From positions 64,604,001-64,668,000 of the forward strand of contig OX597823.1 of NCBI GenBank assembly GCA_951406725.2: a stretch of DNA of 64,000 nucleotides, given 5' to 3'. This DNA is from Octopus vulgaris (taxonomy: Eukaryota). The position numbers were made by a program, and so were the translations under genes. A model generated the notes under the pieces. It did no database searches. It saw nothing but the letters and a program-made list of their open reading frames with translations, and was not told where the DNA came from. Positions 1 to 13,658 of the stretch are shown in pieces (the first letter of the stretch is position 1; each line of letters opens with the position of its first letter).

Positions 1-36
1 TTGCATACAGGCTTGTTTCTTGTAGCTCTCTCCAGC

Positions 37-110
37 TTCTTCTTCTTCTTCTTCTTCTTCTTCTTCTTCTTCTTCTTCTTCTTCTTCTTCTTCTTCTTCT
101 TCTTCTTCTT
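37..110. repeat. (TTC)n microsatellite
   Basis: Perfect TTC run, seen directly; explains the poly-Phe ORF 1..318. Confidence 0.95.
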
Positions 111-1119
111 CCGCCTCTTCCTCCTCTTCCTCCCTCTACCCCTCCTCCCTCCTTCCATTTATGTTGCCTCCTCACAGACACACACACATGCACACATGCA
201 TATCATACAGCTTGCCATACAAACATACCTACAAACGCACATTTGTGCGTGCACACAAATGCACCTGCATGCTTGTATGTGTCAATATATAAATATAGCC
301 GGTTATTTGACACATTGAACCACCTACATATACAAAAAAGCAAGCATGTAAACAACAAATATATGAATACACATCCATAGATCTATCGTATCTGCTATAT
401 ATATATATATATATGAAAAAGTTAAACCATTTTCTGAATTATGATTTTAGGAAAAGATAGCATTAAACTTTTAATACGTTTCCTTTTGGCTTAACATTCT
501 TTTATTCTTGCATCCTGCCTTTATTCTCGCCGGAATATGGAACCAAATATCAATAAAGTGATGCTGCAAATTTTTAGCTTAGTGTGTGCTGAAAAATTCA
601 GCAGCTTTTGCTAATAATAGTCAAAAAAAAAAAAGAAGAAAGAAGATAGCAAAAAGCTAACAAATGAACAAACTGCCCTCAAAACTTTAAAATTATCTAA
701 ATTCTAGAATTTTCTTAAAGTATTATTATTAACTTTCATCATCAAAGTTGAGTGAAATTAGTATAAAATCATGGAATTTTATGACTAGATTATTCCATAA
801 CAAAATAATACAGTGAAGAATTTGGTTAGCTTTTCTTCAGTTAATTTTTCTCATAACTTTAATAAAAAAATAAAAGCTCATCAAATCTTTTTTGAACTTT
901 TCTGTTCTATTCTATACAAAGGCAATTAGATTATAAAATGCACTGTTTGATATGCAAATACAGATGCGTATATCTATGTATATATGTGTGTGCATGTGTG
1001 TGTATGTGTGTATGAGAATAGATAAAAGATAATAGGAAGGAAGATACACACACATGTATATTATATACTATATATATATATTTATACATGTGTGTGTATG
1101 TGTGTGTGTGTGTGTGTAT

Positions 1120-1329
1120 ATTCTTTTACTTATTTCTGTCATTTGACTGTGGCCATGCTGGAGTGCCACCTTTAGTCGAGCAAATCGACTTTGGGACTTA
1201 TTTTTTGTAAGCCTAATACTTATCCTATTGGTCTCTTTTGCTGAACTGCTAAGTTACGGGTATGCAAACACACCAGCATCAGTTGTCAAGCCATGCTTGG
1301 GGGACAAACACAGACACACAAACATATAC

Positions 1330-1335
<6 letters not shown>
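1120..1335 (-). mobile_element. tRNA-derived SINE family A, 3' half
   Basis: Reverse complement of the family-A tail (ccagcatggcc.cagtcaaatgac..aaa.aagtaaaag) seen in many copies in the window. Confidence 0.8.
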
Positions 1336-1378
<43 letters not shown>

Positions 1379-1421
1379 GGTACATATATATATATATACA
1401 TATACATATATATATATATAT

Positions 1422-2143
1422 CATCATCATCATCATCATCATTTAACGTCCGCTTTCCATGCTAGCATGGGTTGGACGGTTTTGACTGAGGGCTGGCAAC
1501 CAGATGGCTGCACTAGGCTCCAGTCTTGATCTAGTAGAGTTTCTACAGCTGGATGCCCTTCCTAACGCCAACCACTCCAAGAGTGTAGTGAGTGCTTTTT
1601 ACGTGCTACCTGCACGGGGGCCAGTCAGGTGGTACTGGCAATGGCCACGCTTGAATCTTTTACATGTGCCACCGACACAGGTGCCAGTGAAGCGACATTG
1701 GTAACGATCACGCTCAAATGGTGCCCTTTTACGTGCCACGGGTACAGAAGCCAGTTAGCTGCTCAGGCAACGATCACGCTTGGATGGTGTTCTTGGCACC
1801 CTACTAGCACAGGCATAAGTGCCAGTAAGGCGACGCTGGTAACGATCATACTCGAATAGCCTCTCTATCAACAATCACACTTGTATGGTGCTCTTTGCAC
1901 CCTGCTAGCATGGATGCCAGTCATCGAATCGATTTTGATTTGATTTCACTTGCCTCAACATGTCTTTACAAGTTTAGTGACCAAAGAAGGAAAAGCTATG
2001 CATAAGTGGGCTGGTTATGCTCCTGGCATAGGCCATGGGTTATGGTTTCATCTGGCTTGCCAGGTCTTCTCGAGCACAGTATATTTCCAAAGGTCTCGGT
2101 CGCTGGTCATTTCCTTGGTGAGGCCTAATGTTCGAAGGTCGTG
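1422..2143 (-). mobile_element. 5'-truncated RTE-clade LINE 3' end with (GAT)n tail
   Basis: Minus strand from 2143 reads HDLRTLGLTKEMTSDRDLWKYTVLEKTWQAR*, resembling an RTE ORF C-terminus. It is followed by a UTR with gtggcacgtaaaa repeats and a (GAT)n tail. Colinear with 62272-63060. Confidence 0.7.
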
Positions 2144-2175
<32 letters not shown>

Positions 2176-2474
2176 TATATGATTGTAAATGAATGTCACC
2201 ATCATACAAGTGGTGTTCTTTCATTACAGCCTTGTATGAAATTATGTCAGATCATTGGAAGCAGGTGTAGGTGGGTGACAGGAAGGGCATCCAGCCAATT
2301 CCATCCAACCTATGCAACCATGGAAAAGTACACATACAATGATGTTAATGATGATGATACATATACATACCTACATACATTCATGCATACATACTTATAT
2401 ACATACATATATATATATATATATACATATACACATATATATACATACATATATACATATAGATATATATACAT

Positions 2475-2512
<38 letters not shown>

Positions 2513-2513
<1 letters not shown>

Positions 2514-2670
2514 GGCACAGATGTGGCTGTGTGCTAAGAAGCTTGCTTCCTAACCACATGGTTCCTGGTTCAGTCCCACTGCCTGGCATCTTGGGTAACT
2601 GTCTTCTACTATAGCTTCAAGCTGACCAAAGCCTTGCGAGTGGATTAGTAGATGGAAAGTGAAAGCAGCC

Positions 2671-2672
<2 letters not shown>
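2513..2672 (+). mobile_element. SINE family A, 5' half
   Basis: Head aggcacagatgtggctgtgtg...ggttcagtccc with A/B-box-like motifs, ending in (TA)n. Confidence 0.8.
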
Positions 2673-2718
<46 letters not shown>

Positions 2719-3144
2719 TGGGCTGCTTTTATTTGGTTTTTGTATTTGATTTGCAAATTCATGTGAATTCATGTGTTAAAACAAATTTTTTTTGTGTCTT
2801 GGGAGAGGTCATTATGCCAATAATAATAATACATGCACAGGTTCAGTTCTACTTCGTTTTATTATTAGTCAATTGTCTAAGCATCTAACCTACTAGCTAG
2901 TCAAAGGATTGCTTGTTAAACATACTGGTTAAACATTCAATTGTTTTTTTTTTGTCTGTTCATCATCACTGACCTTGCATCACTGGTTGCAAACTTTTCA
3001 GTGACTCGTGATCTCCCAACTCCCTCTGGAGTCTGCTTTCATCTCTCTAAAACCTAGTCCTATGCCTCTGTGTATGTACGGATGTTTGTATGGATGTATA
3101 AGTGTGTGTAGTTTAGAAGTGGGTTAAGAGTGAGGATTAATGAA

Positions 3145-3181
<37 letters not shown>

Positions 3182-3329
3182 CATGTATATGCCTGTGTGT
3201 ATGTAATTGTGTGTGCACTTACATGGCTGCTTGTATGCATTCTTGTGTGTGTGTGTGTGCACTAGCCATCTGTGCCCTCATTCAGGAATCACACTTTTGT
3301 CTTTATTGTTTTATTTTTGTCTGCTGTAG

Positions 3330-3461
3330 ATTTAGGGGTTTATGCTTGTGGGGGTGTGGTATGTGTTGAGGGTATGGTGTTTTAGGGCTTGGTGTGTGTT
3401 TAAGGCGTGGCATGCATTTAGGGTGTGGTATGCATTTAGGGTGTGGTGTGCATTTAGGGTG
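3330..3461 (+). repeat. 18-bp minisatellite containing TTAGGG
   Basis: Units like tttagggtgtggtatgca, about 7 degenerate copies. Confidence 0.75.
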
Positions 3462-3702
3462 TCCTATGAGGAGGGGAGGAGAGAAGAGGGTAGGTATGTG
3501 TGTGAGCATCTGTGCATGTATATGTGTTTATCTATGTGCATAGAGAAACACATATGCATGCACAGGTGTATATGTGTGTGTGTGTGTGTTTGTGTGTGCA
3601 AGAATGCATGTGTGTGTGTTCCTGCATCCATGTGTGTGCTTGTTTTTCCTATGGTGAAATGGGGAGGTAGGTACATATGACACACACACATATACACACA
3701 TA

Positions 3703-4081
3703 CACTACCGTCAGAAATTAATTAGCACCCTTGATTTGCTCTTCACTCAAGGTATGTGCTGTCACCTAGTGGCCATATCTCCAACTATTGCTTTGTTGCG
3801 AGTTCACTATTGCACAGAACGATGACGTAACTTTGTTTGCAGAGCAGTTTGAGAGTCTACAGCCTTATGATGTTGACATAGCAGTGCAACAACAACTTGG
3901 AGTGCGGATACAGACAAATCTTCCTTTGTTTAATAGATATAGGTAGCGCCTCGCAAGGACCGAAACACACCATACTAAGTTTTCTCATCGCGTAAGACGT
4001 TTTGAACAGCTCATAGGTTAATTGATTTAACCTATTTAATGTAGAAATTTGAGAAGTGCTAATTAATTTCTGACGCAAGTG
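3703..4081. mobile_element. Tc1/mariner-type MITE
   Basis: TA|CACTaccGTCAGAAATTAATTAGCAC ... GTGCTAATTAATTTCTGACgcaAGTG|TA: terminal inverted repeats with TA duplication, no coding capacity. Confidence 0.85.
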
Positions 4082-5607
4082 TACATGCACAGGAACACAT
4101 GCACTTAGTCATACACATGCATGGGCACAGGAATACACACACACATACAAGAATATACATATACATACATACAAACACACACATGCACACCTACCCTATT
4201 TTTTTCCTCCCCTACAGGAAAGAACATGCATACACATGAGCAGAAGAACACACACACACACACAAACATGTTTGTATATTTTTAGAATGGCATTGTAGGG
4301 GAGGTGTGAAGGGTTAGATATGGTCAATTTTAACATAAAACAGGTAGAAAATTTGGACTGGATGTGGGTGGATGAAATGCCAAAGGGTTAATGTGTCCTT
4401 CTTTTTTTTAAAGATGCTAATACGAGATTTCAGAGAATTTGGCTGCTATTTCCTGCAGGTCAAGCGACCACTTAGTGATTTCCTCTTAAATATAACTTTA
4501 AAAATAAAGGCTATAATATAGTTTTAACTTTTCGTTTTTTTAATTTAAAAAAAAAAAAACAAAAAAAAACAATTAGAAAACATGTGTTTCAGCTTTTGGC
4601 ATTTTGTAATGTTCGTAGCATTATATCGGAGAATCTAAAGAAATATTTGAACTTTGCACTGTCTCCGCTGTTTGTTTTGGTTAAATTACTAGCTTTGATT
4701 GTTTACAGACAGCAGCTTACTAAATATTGTCTCTTCTTTCGGCAGCTTCAAGAGTTTTTGACTCAATTATGTTTTTATCGCACATCATATGCACTTCATT
4801 TTCAGTTATATTACAATGCTGCCAAATGTTTATAAACATTTTTCACTCCGTTGTTATCAATTATTTAGAAAAGAACAAAAAAGAAAGAGAAGAGAAACAC
4901 ACCGAGCAACAATGATATCATTAAGATATTAAATCTGCTATGGTAAAATTATGCTACATTATGCTGTATTATACTATATTTATGCTAAATGGCTAGATAA
5001 GAAGAGATTTTTTTTTCTTGCTTTGAGGTGGTTTGTTTTTTTTAGCTTTCTTCCTTTCATTGATTCTTGTTTCTTTTCTATTTTGCCCACATCATAAATT
5101 TTGTGTTATTGCTTGTTTGTTGTTTTTGTATTTGACAACAATGTTGTTGTTGTTGTTGTTTACGCTATAAAGTCTCTATGAATAGAACAAGTTGTGCAAA
5201 TTTTATGACTCTGAACTAAGGCATTGTAGTAAGCTGTGGATATTTATGAGAACTCCTTTGATTTATTTATTGCCTTTCAAATTCCTGGAGGTAAAGATTT
5301 TCCAAATATCTATTAGCATGAGCAGAGAACTATTAAAGCCTTAGAATATTGAAATAGTGTTGCCCAATTAATTCAATTGGTGTTTCTCGTCAATCTCTAT
5401 AAAACCACTATAAATTCCTGCTGAGGAATTCCATTGATAAATTTGTGCAGAGAACTTCCTTTTGCCTTTGCCATCATTAGTTTTTCATCTGCACAATTAT
5501 GATCGCCATATCGTACACACTTTAGCCACCCCTTCTCCCTCTTTCTCTCTCTTCTTCCCTTTCTCTTTCTCTCTCTATTTCTCTTTCTCTCTTATCACAC
5601 CACTTAC

Positions 5608-5755
5608 TGTACATGTCCCCTTTTGAGTTTATCACCCATAAGCCAAGTAAATATTTATCAAACTGGCTAGAACTTGCAATGAAATCATGACAGGGGGCTG
5701 TCAAAATTCTAGAAAATCTTCCATACTGACATGAATCAATTACAACAAAGAGAGC
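5608..5755 (-). CDS. candidate internal exon of an unidentified host gene
   Basis: ttttcag| acceptor, open non-repetitive frame ALFVVIDSCQYGRFSRILTAPCHDFIASSSQFDKYLLGLWVINSKGDMY, and |gtaagt donor. Protein not recognised. Confidence 0.4.
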
Positions 5756-6863
5756 CTGAAAATGTTGTACCATAAACTCATGCAGAATTTACATAATAGT
5801 TAAAAGAATTTTCTGTTAGGACTAAGACCGTGCATGTTTTTGCATTTAATGTTTTCGCTGAAATGTCCATATGATTTGAATATTTAAGCATTATGGAGTA
5901 GAATGGTAAGATTCTGATATGCTGAGTATGCAATGCATATTTGATGCATAGCTTTGCTATCTCATTTTACTTTGGCTTTCTGCCTGTGATTTCTGCCCTT
6001 AGACTTTAGCCTGAATGATAAGTTCCCTGAGATCTAATTTGCTTTTGAAATATTATAGAGAGATAAAACTTTTAGTTTTAAGATATATATCCATTAAGAA
6101 TTATAGGAGACCATCTGATGTTGGAGAGCTTAAAACTTTCAGTTTTAGGAGATTTTTGAAAATATCCTTTTACAATTCCCTTATCTATCATAATATTTTA
6201 TGAGTTGGTTGCTGTTTAAACCAGAGCCAACTCTGATTGAGTCAGCCTATAATCAAAGGTATGTTGACCCTGCAATAGGCACTCTGTGTTTTCTACATAG
6301 AGAGACAACAATAACCAAATGTGTCCTTTTTCAAGATGGTAGGGTGCAAGTTGAGGTAGATTTGTCTGCTATTTCCTGGAGGTCAAGTGACCATGAACAG
6401 ACCCCATTGCTGGCTTGTGAAATAAATGGAATCTGTTCATGGTGACTTTGCCTCCAGGTAATAGCAAACAAATTTACCTTATGAAATGGATAGGCTCGGT
6501 GAGCAGTTAATGTTCCTGAAACAAAATAAACTTATACAATATTCTGAAATACACAATACAGTCCCTAAATAATGAAAGCACTGTGGAAGTGTTTGTATGG
6601 ATAAATTGTACATATGTTCACCATCATCATCGTCATCATCATTGTCATCATCATCATCGTTTATTGTGTTGGATGGTTTGACAGGAGCTGGCCAGGCAGG
6701 AGCCCACATCAGATTTCTGGGTCTGTTTTGGCAGGGTTTTCACAGTTGGATGCCCTTACCTAACACCAACTACCCAACAGAGTGGAGCTTTTTATGTGGC
6801 ACAAGCACAGACGTATGTTTAATAAACATACTTTCAGCCATATTGTATAGATAGTACCTGTGC

Positions 6864-7462
6864 TTAACACTTTAGCATTCAAATTAGTCTGTCAAAATTA
6901 ATGTTTATATGTTCACATTGTTTTATATTAATCATGCAGTATCTCGTAGCTTTGAGATTTTGATAAGGTAGTTGTTAATCTCTCTATATATAAAGCTGAA
7001 GTTGTCTGTGTATGGCAGGTTTGGTAGCCTTCAACTAACACTATTTCCTCCGAGACCCTGTGGCACAAGTTGACCAAAATTGAGAGTATGATAGAAAAGG
7101 CTTGCTCTTCCTTCTGTAGAAGAAAAACTTCAAATCGAACCATGTTAACACCAAAAATTATTTACATCAAAAAGGTGCTTTTTTTACGATTTTTTGACTG
7201 CTGTGTCGCCATTTTTCGGTGTATTTCAACCAGAAAAATGTTCACTTAAAGAAAATAACAAGCTACATAATGCAAAATTTTTACTTTTCAAAAATTCCTA
7301 TTCTAAAGGGTCGAAACAAAACCGAGCATCGCTGGGCGATACTGCTAGTTCTTAATAATGGTATTGTTGGGTTGGTGTGAGGGACCAGATTTGGCCAGTT
7401 TGAATATAATACAAGTAGAACATTTTGGCTACATATGGCCAGTTTAAATTCTAAAGGATTAT
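6864..7462 (+). mobile_element. piggyBac-like MITE (TTAA-CCC...GGG-TTAA family) interrupted by a Helitron
   Basis: Ends ttaacactttagcatt / aattctaaaggatta. Homologous copies at 4270-4391, 9948-10589 and 62068-63088. Confidence 0.6.
6979..7348 (+). mobile_element. non-autonomous Helitron
   Basis: Starts TC(tctatatataaagctg), ends ccgagcatcgctggg hairpin then CTAG. Inserted between A and T with no TSD, splitting a MITE. Confidence 0.8.
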
Positions 7463-7988
7463 ATCACAGGTCTCTCTCTCTCTCTCTCTCTTTCTCACTT
7501 TGCAGAACAACTCATCAAACTTGAGAATAACTCATCTAGTTTCAACTAATTATTGCCATCTTAAAGATTATTAGCTAAATTACACCTTAACAAGAGAAAT
7601 TGGTTGACAGCCACTTCAAAAAAATACAATGAGTAGCATTTGTTGATTGTATTTATTTGCATATTAGTACTTTGTGAGCAAATTTTATTAATTAACTAAA
7701 GTGCTGAGATAGTGTGTGTATATAATTAGTGAATTAATTTACATGTATTCGTTCAGAAAATATATATTCAGCCTTGCTGTGTAAATAGTCTCTATGGTTA
7801 CATCACACAGCTCTATAAGATATAGAAAAGCTTAATAAAATGACAATAACCAGTCAAAACTAGTTCCACAGTTCTCTGGCTTGTTCTGAAGACAAAGCTC
7901 TGTGGTTTTGCTATTAGATGTATTGACTCATTGACACTAAATCTACATTTACAAGGTATATCTATTTAAACTTTGTGTGGTAAGTAGC

Positions 7989-8396
7989 CAGGCACGAGAG
8001 TGGCTGTGTGGTAAGTAGCTTGCTTACTTACCACATAGTTCCGGGTTCAGTCCCACTGTGTGGCACCTTGGGCAAGTGTCTTCTACTATAGCCTTGGGCC
8101 GACCAAAGCCTTGTGAGTGGATTTGGTAGACGGAAACTGAAAGAATCCCATCGTATATATGTATATGTATATATATGTCTGTGTGTGTTTGTATATCTGT
8201 GTTTGTCCTCCCAACATCGCTTGACAACTGATGTTGGTGTGTTTACATCCCTATAACTTAGCGGTTCAGCAAAAGAGACCAATAGAATAAGTACTAGGCT
8301 TACAAAGAATAAGTCCTGGGGTCAATTTGCTCGACTAAAGGTGGTGCTCTAGCATGGCCACAGTCAAATGACTGAAACAAGTAAAAGAATAAAAGA
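7989..8396 (+). mobile_element. SINE family A, full length
   Basis: tRNA-like head, central (TA/TG)n tract, tail ending (gtaaaaga)n. Confidence 0.9.
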
Positions 8397-8631
8397 AAAA
8401 CACACACTAAAGTACTTTAGTCAGGGCCAGTTTTAAATGAATTAGACATATTTGTTCAAATTGGGCCCTGCACCAAGAGAGGGTCTTGACACACACACTC
8501 AAGCAGAGGACACTATAATGAATTTTTAGCATATCATTGTGGTTAATGTTGGAACCTTAAGCACTCAATGTTTTTTTACTGGGAATGGCATACTATACGA
8601 ATCATAAAACATAGGCGCAGGAGTAGCTTTA

Positions 8632-8804
8632 TAGGTGCAGGAGTGGCTGTGTAGGAAGTAGCTTGCTTACCAACCACATGGTTCCGGGTTCAGTCCCACT
8701 GTGTGGCACCTTGGGCAAGTGTCTTCTACTATAGCCTCGGGCCGACCAATGCCTTGTGAGTGGATTTGGTAGACAGAAACTGAAAGAAGCCTGTCGTATA
8801 AATG

Positions 8805-8835
<31 letters not shown>

Positions 8836-9057
8836 ATATGTTTGTGTGTCTGTGTTTGTCCCCCTAGCATTGCTTGACAACCAATGCTGGTGTGTTTATG
8901 TCCCCGTTACTTAGTGGTTCGGCAAAAGAGACCTATAGAAGAAGTACTGGGCTTACAAAAGAATAAGTCCTGGGGTCGAGTTGCTCGATTAAAGGTGGTG
9001 CTCCAGTATGGCCGCAGTCAAATGACTGAAACAAGTAAAAGAGAGTAATGAGTAAAA
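8632..9057 (+). mobile_element. SINE family A, full length
   Basis: Same architecture. Preceded by a short duplicate of its 5' end at 8611-8628. Confidence 0.9.
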
Positions 9058-9409
9058 GAAAGTAAGCTTCAGCTTTTATGGAGTAGAGGGCCCCACTAAC
9101 AATTCTCTAAATGAATCCCACATTTCTTAATGCTGGCCTTGTCTTCAGTTATGTAATACAATCTTCCAGCAAATGTGCTGATATGCAAATCTGTAAAATT
9201 GTTACCTATTATTTGTAGAATTTGTCATAAGTAGCTCTGAGCTGCTTCATCTCTCAGTAGGATGAACATCAGTAGAAGCTGTTAATAAGATGGTAATAAC
9301 CATTCAAAACTAGTTGAACTCTACTCTGGTTCATTCAGTAGAGAGAGCTCCATGGAAATTAAATGTAAGTTATGTAATTAAATGTAATTAAATGTAAGGT
9401 ATGTTTCTT

Positions 9410-9610
9410 GGTTTCCATGGCACATATATTTCCCACCTGGACAAGACACCGCTCCATCGCAGGATTACTCACTTTTGCTAGCTGAGGGGTCTTGAGCAAT
9501 GTGAAATGAAGTGTTTTGCTCAAGAACACAACACAGTGTCCAGTCCAGGAGTCAAACCCATAATCTTATCATGAGTCCAACACCCTAACCTCTAAGCCAT
9601 GCACCTCCAC
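9410..9610 (-). mobile_element. tRNA-derived SINE family E
   Basis: Minus strand head gtggaggtgcatggcttagaggttagggtgttggactc then tgtgttcttgagcaaaacac. Homologues at about 54030-54206 and 61700-61950. Confidence 0.7.
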
Positions 9611-9947
9611 AGAGAGAACGCCATGGTTTAACTACACAATTTATTTATGAACAGAACTGAATGTATGTTTTATTAAATGCACACTAAGGGGTACCATTCC
9701 TACATCTGGCACAGTCTGACAGCAAAATGCACAGGCTCTCTGGACTGTATCCAGAGAAGGGTCATTCAACTAATTGGCATCCATCCTCCAGCTTTTGACC
9801 CTCAGGCATGCTGACTCATCTTTCTGTCTCTTCTGTATTGTAATAGATGTTGGATATAGAAATTTGGAGTATTTGCCAAAATTAGGCTGTGATATTTCAA
9901 TTAACTAGGGGCAATGTGGATGATAGAAGGGCAAAAATTGTTGTTGC

Positions 9948-10589
9948 TTAACCCACTAGCATTTAAACCAGCCATATCCGGCCAAACTGTTCCATCTTTT
10001 TTAGATCAAACTGGCCAGATCTGGCCTCTCTCACCCACTCTATAATGACATTGTAAAAATAAACAGTCACAGCATCAAAATCTTAAAGCTATGAATTAAT
10101 CCATAACAGATTCAAACAGGCGCAGGAGTGGCTGTGTGGTAAGTAGCTTGCTTACTAACCACGTGGTTCCGGGTTCAGTCCCACTGCGTGGCATCTTGGG
10201 CAAATGTCTTCTACTATAGCCTCGGGCCAACCAAAGCCTTGTGAGTGGATTTGGTAGACGGAAACTGAAAGAAGCCCGTCGTATATATGTATATATATAT
10301 GTGTGCGTGTATGTTTGTGTGTCTGTGTTTGTCCCCCTAGCGTTGCTTGACAACCGATGCTGGTGTGTTTATGTCCCCGTCACTTAGCGGTTCGGCAAAA
10401 GAGACCGATAGAATAAGTACTTGGCTTACAAAGAATAAGTCCCGGGGTTGAGTTGCTCGACTAAAAGTGATACTCCAGCATGGCCGCAGTCAACTGACTG
10501 AAACAAGTAAAAGAGTAAAAGAGTAAAAGAATATTAATAAATTAGTATTACATTTGACAGAGTAATCTAACAGCATGCTAAGAGATTAA
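9948..10589 (-). mobile_element. piggyBac-like MITE interrupted by SINE A
   Basis: ttaacccactagcatt ... atgctaagagattaa ends; body is the reverse complement of the 6864 copy. Confidence 0.6.
10118..10530 (+). mobile_element. SINE family A, full length, CpG-retaining (young)
   Basis: aggcgcaggagtggctgtgtgg...gaaacaagtaaaagagtaaaagagtaaaaga. Confidence 0.9.
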
Positions 10590-11099
10590 CCTAAAGTTAT
10601 CCTAGATTCAGAAAACCAATGATTGCAAAGGTATTCCAGCTATGGCAGTCTCCTTTTTCTATATCCATTACTCCATTATCCAGTGCACCATTCTGAGTTT
10701 TAAGACTGTAGAGATTTGACTGCTATTTCTAGCAAGTTGGGTGATCACTTAGAAGATTTTTCATTGATTTGTCATCTTATTGTTGTTGAGGATGACGTTG
10801 CTTGTGGATACAACGAGATGGCTATCTCGTTGATTTACAATTTTATATCTGTGTAGACACTCCAAAGGATGGTTTTTAGAGGAGAAAACAAGATTGAATC
10901 TGCTTAAGACATACATTATTTCAATCACACAAACTGTTTTATCGAATGGTTATAATATCCAAAAACAATGTGCATTACTGCACATTATGTTGCAATAAAC
11001 TGCAACAAACTGATTCTCTTATTTCAAACAGTGTCTCAAAGAAGAGATTAAGTACATTTCATAATATAAAACTAACACTGAAAATTTTTTTTAGCATTA

Positions 11100-11163
<64 letters not shown>

Positions 11164-11558
11164 AGTGAATAGATAAATAAAATACAAACAAATAAGTAAA
11201 TTTCTCTTATCTGCTTACATTCATTTCTTATGAACTTTGCTTTCTTGCACATGAATTTTCCTTGGATTAAATGTGGCAGCACCAATATTTTAAAGGAAAG
11301 ATTAATATGCAATCTGCTGAAGTAAACATTTCTAAATTCAGGCAATATTCATGCTTTACATTTACACATATAGGTGAGAAGGAGGCATAAAAAAACAGCT
11401 AATATATGAGGCAAACTATACAAAAATAAAGCTGATGCAAAATCACACTTCGGATAATGTAAGATTTTCTTTCATTTAGATAACTTCCATCTGAGTTTCA
11501 AGTAATATGATATCCAAAAGTCTAATATATGAATGACTTAGCATGGAAACTTCATAGC

Positions 11559-11589
<31 letters not shown>

Positions 11590-12130
11590 TGTATGTATGT
11601 ATGTATGTGTGTGTATGTATGTATGTATGTATGTATGTATGTATGTATGTATGTAGGTAGGTAGGTAGGTATATATGTATGCATCTATGTATGCATGCAA
11701 GCTTGTATGTATACATGTATATATAAATATGCATATATATATATATATATGTATGCATGCAAGCTTGCATGTATACATGTATATATATATATATATATAA
11801 AACTTACTTGGAAAAGGATGCGTGGCATTCGCTCATATAATAATATAAATAATATATGCATATATACATACATATATGTACATACCTACATATATATACA
11901 TATGTACATGCATATATGGGTACAGGACATCAAAAAAATCGTTGAACACAATGAGAAACGAAAACATAAAAACAAAAACATAGAAACAAACTTTTTTTCG
12001 AACAACGAAAAGAGAACAAACAGAGAAACGAGACAAACAACATAAAGAATATTCCCCTTCTTCAGTTGTCCCTGTTTCAACTACTCCACATCAGGAAGGC
12101 AAGGACAAGACACGACTTCGTTGAAACAGT

Positions 12131-12202
<72 letters not shown>

Positions 12203-12292
12203 TGTTCTTACTTCTGTGCATGTGATCTCTGTAGGTGAAACTACATGGCCGCGGCCTTCGGGCTAAAACATTTTTAAGGATTTTAAGGATTT

Positions 12293-12458
12293 ATATAAAT
12301 TAGAAAAAAACACCTTTTATCAATTCAAAATGAACAATTATATTAAACTGTCTAGAAAATAACATATAATAGAAATATTAAAATTAAAATAACAATAAAA
12401 TACCGATGATTAAGTAAATGGCAAAAAATATAAAATAATAAAAACGTATATAATTGGT

Positions 12459-12489
<31 letters not shown>

Positions 12490-12665
12490 TAAACCAATTA
12501 TATAGGTTTTTAATTATTTTTTTTTTTTTTGCAATTTACTTAACCATCAGTATTTTATTGTTATTTTAATTTTAATATTTCTAATATATGTAATTTTCTA
12601 GATGGTGTAATTTAATTGTTCATTTTGAATTGATAAAAGGTGTTTTTTTTTCTAATTTTTATATA
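12293..12665. repeat. long AT-rich foldback with a (TA)n centre
   Basis: About 170-bp arms, e.g. aaaacaccttttatcaattcaaaatgaacaatta versus taattgttcattttgaattgataaaaggtgtttt. Confidence 0.85.
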
Positions 12666-12754
12666 TATATATTATATTGTGTGAAATTTGATTTAGTATT
12701 TCTAAATTGAATTTTTTTCCCTGTAAGTTAGGATTAATTTTCCCTCAAATAATT

Positions 12755-12811
<57 letters not shown>

Positions 12812-12812
12812 T

Positions 12813-12904
12813 AAATAAAATGAAACAACAAAGCCAAGGAAGTGTGAAAGTTTTCTAGTCCTAGAAATTTCACACTGCTTTGGTTTTGTTGTCTCATTTT
12901 ATTC
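12813..12904. repeat. short hairpin element next to (TA)n
   Basis: aataaaatgaaacaacaaagccaa..gtgtgaaa..ttctag / ctagaaatttcacac..ttggttttgttgtctcattttatt. Confidence 0.75.
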
Positions 12905-13247
12905 AACATGTTCATGCAGTCCTTCTGTAGCACTTACATAGCCTTACCTTCCTTTTGGGTCTTCTGGATACCAAAACCTCACATATTGCTTATATATATA
13001 TTTATAACATAAACTCAGGTGCTATGAGAGGAGGATGTATTTAATTAACCACTTAACGGCCTTAGCTTTATGACCGTTTCACAGCCTTCTTCATGTAACA
13101 GGTGGGAAATAAAATTATGTTTACATGTTTGCATTGGTATGCATTCTATGCATTATACATATTCACAAATCAAATCTGATAAAGGAACCAACTCATCAGA
13201 TCACCAGAACATCATGGTTGCATCAATGATTCAACTTTAAATATATA

Positions 13248-13658
13248 CTCTTTTACCCTTTTACTCTTTTATTTGTTTCAGTCATTTGACTGTGGCCCTG
13301 CTGGAGCATCGCCTTTAGTCGAGAAATCGACCCCAGGACTTATTCTTTATAAGCCTAGTACTTGTTCTATTGGTGTCTTTTGCCAAACCGCTAAGTTATG
13401 GGAACATAAACACACCAGCGTCGGTTGTCAAGTGATGTTGGGGGGACAAACATAGACACACAAACATATACGCACACATACACATACATATATACGACGG
13501 GCTTCTTTCAGTTTTTGTCTACCAAATCCACTCACAAGGCTTTGGTCAGTCCGAGGCTATAGTAGAAGACACTTGCCCAAGGTGCCATGCAGTGGGACTG
13601 AACCCAGAACCATGTGGTTGGTAAGCAAGCTACTTACCACACAGCAACTCCTACACCT
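13248..13658 (-). mobile_element. SINE family A, full length
   Basis: Reverse complement of 10118-10530. Confidence 0.9.

Noticed and set aside
10118-10200. tRNA genes at SINE heads
   Set aside because: Only A/B-box-like motifs fused to SINE bodies; no complete cloverleaf seen.
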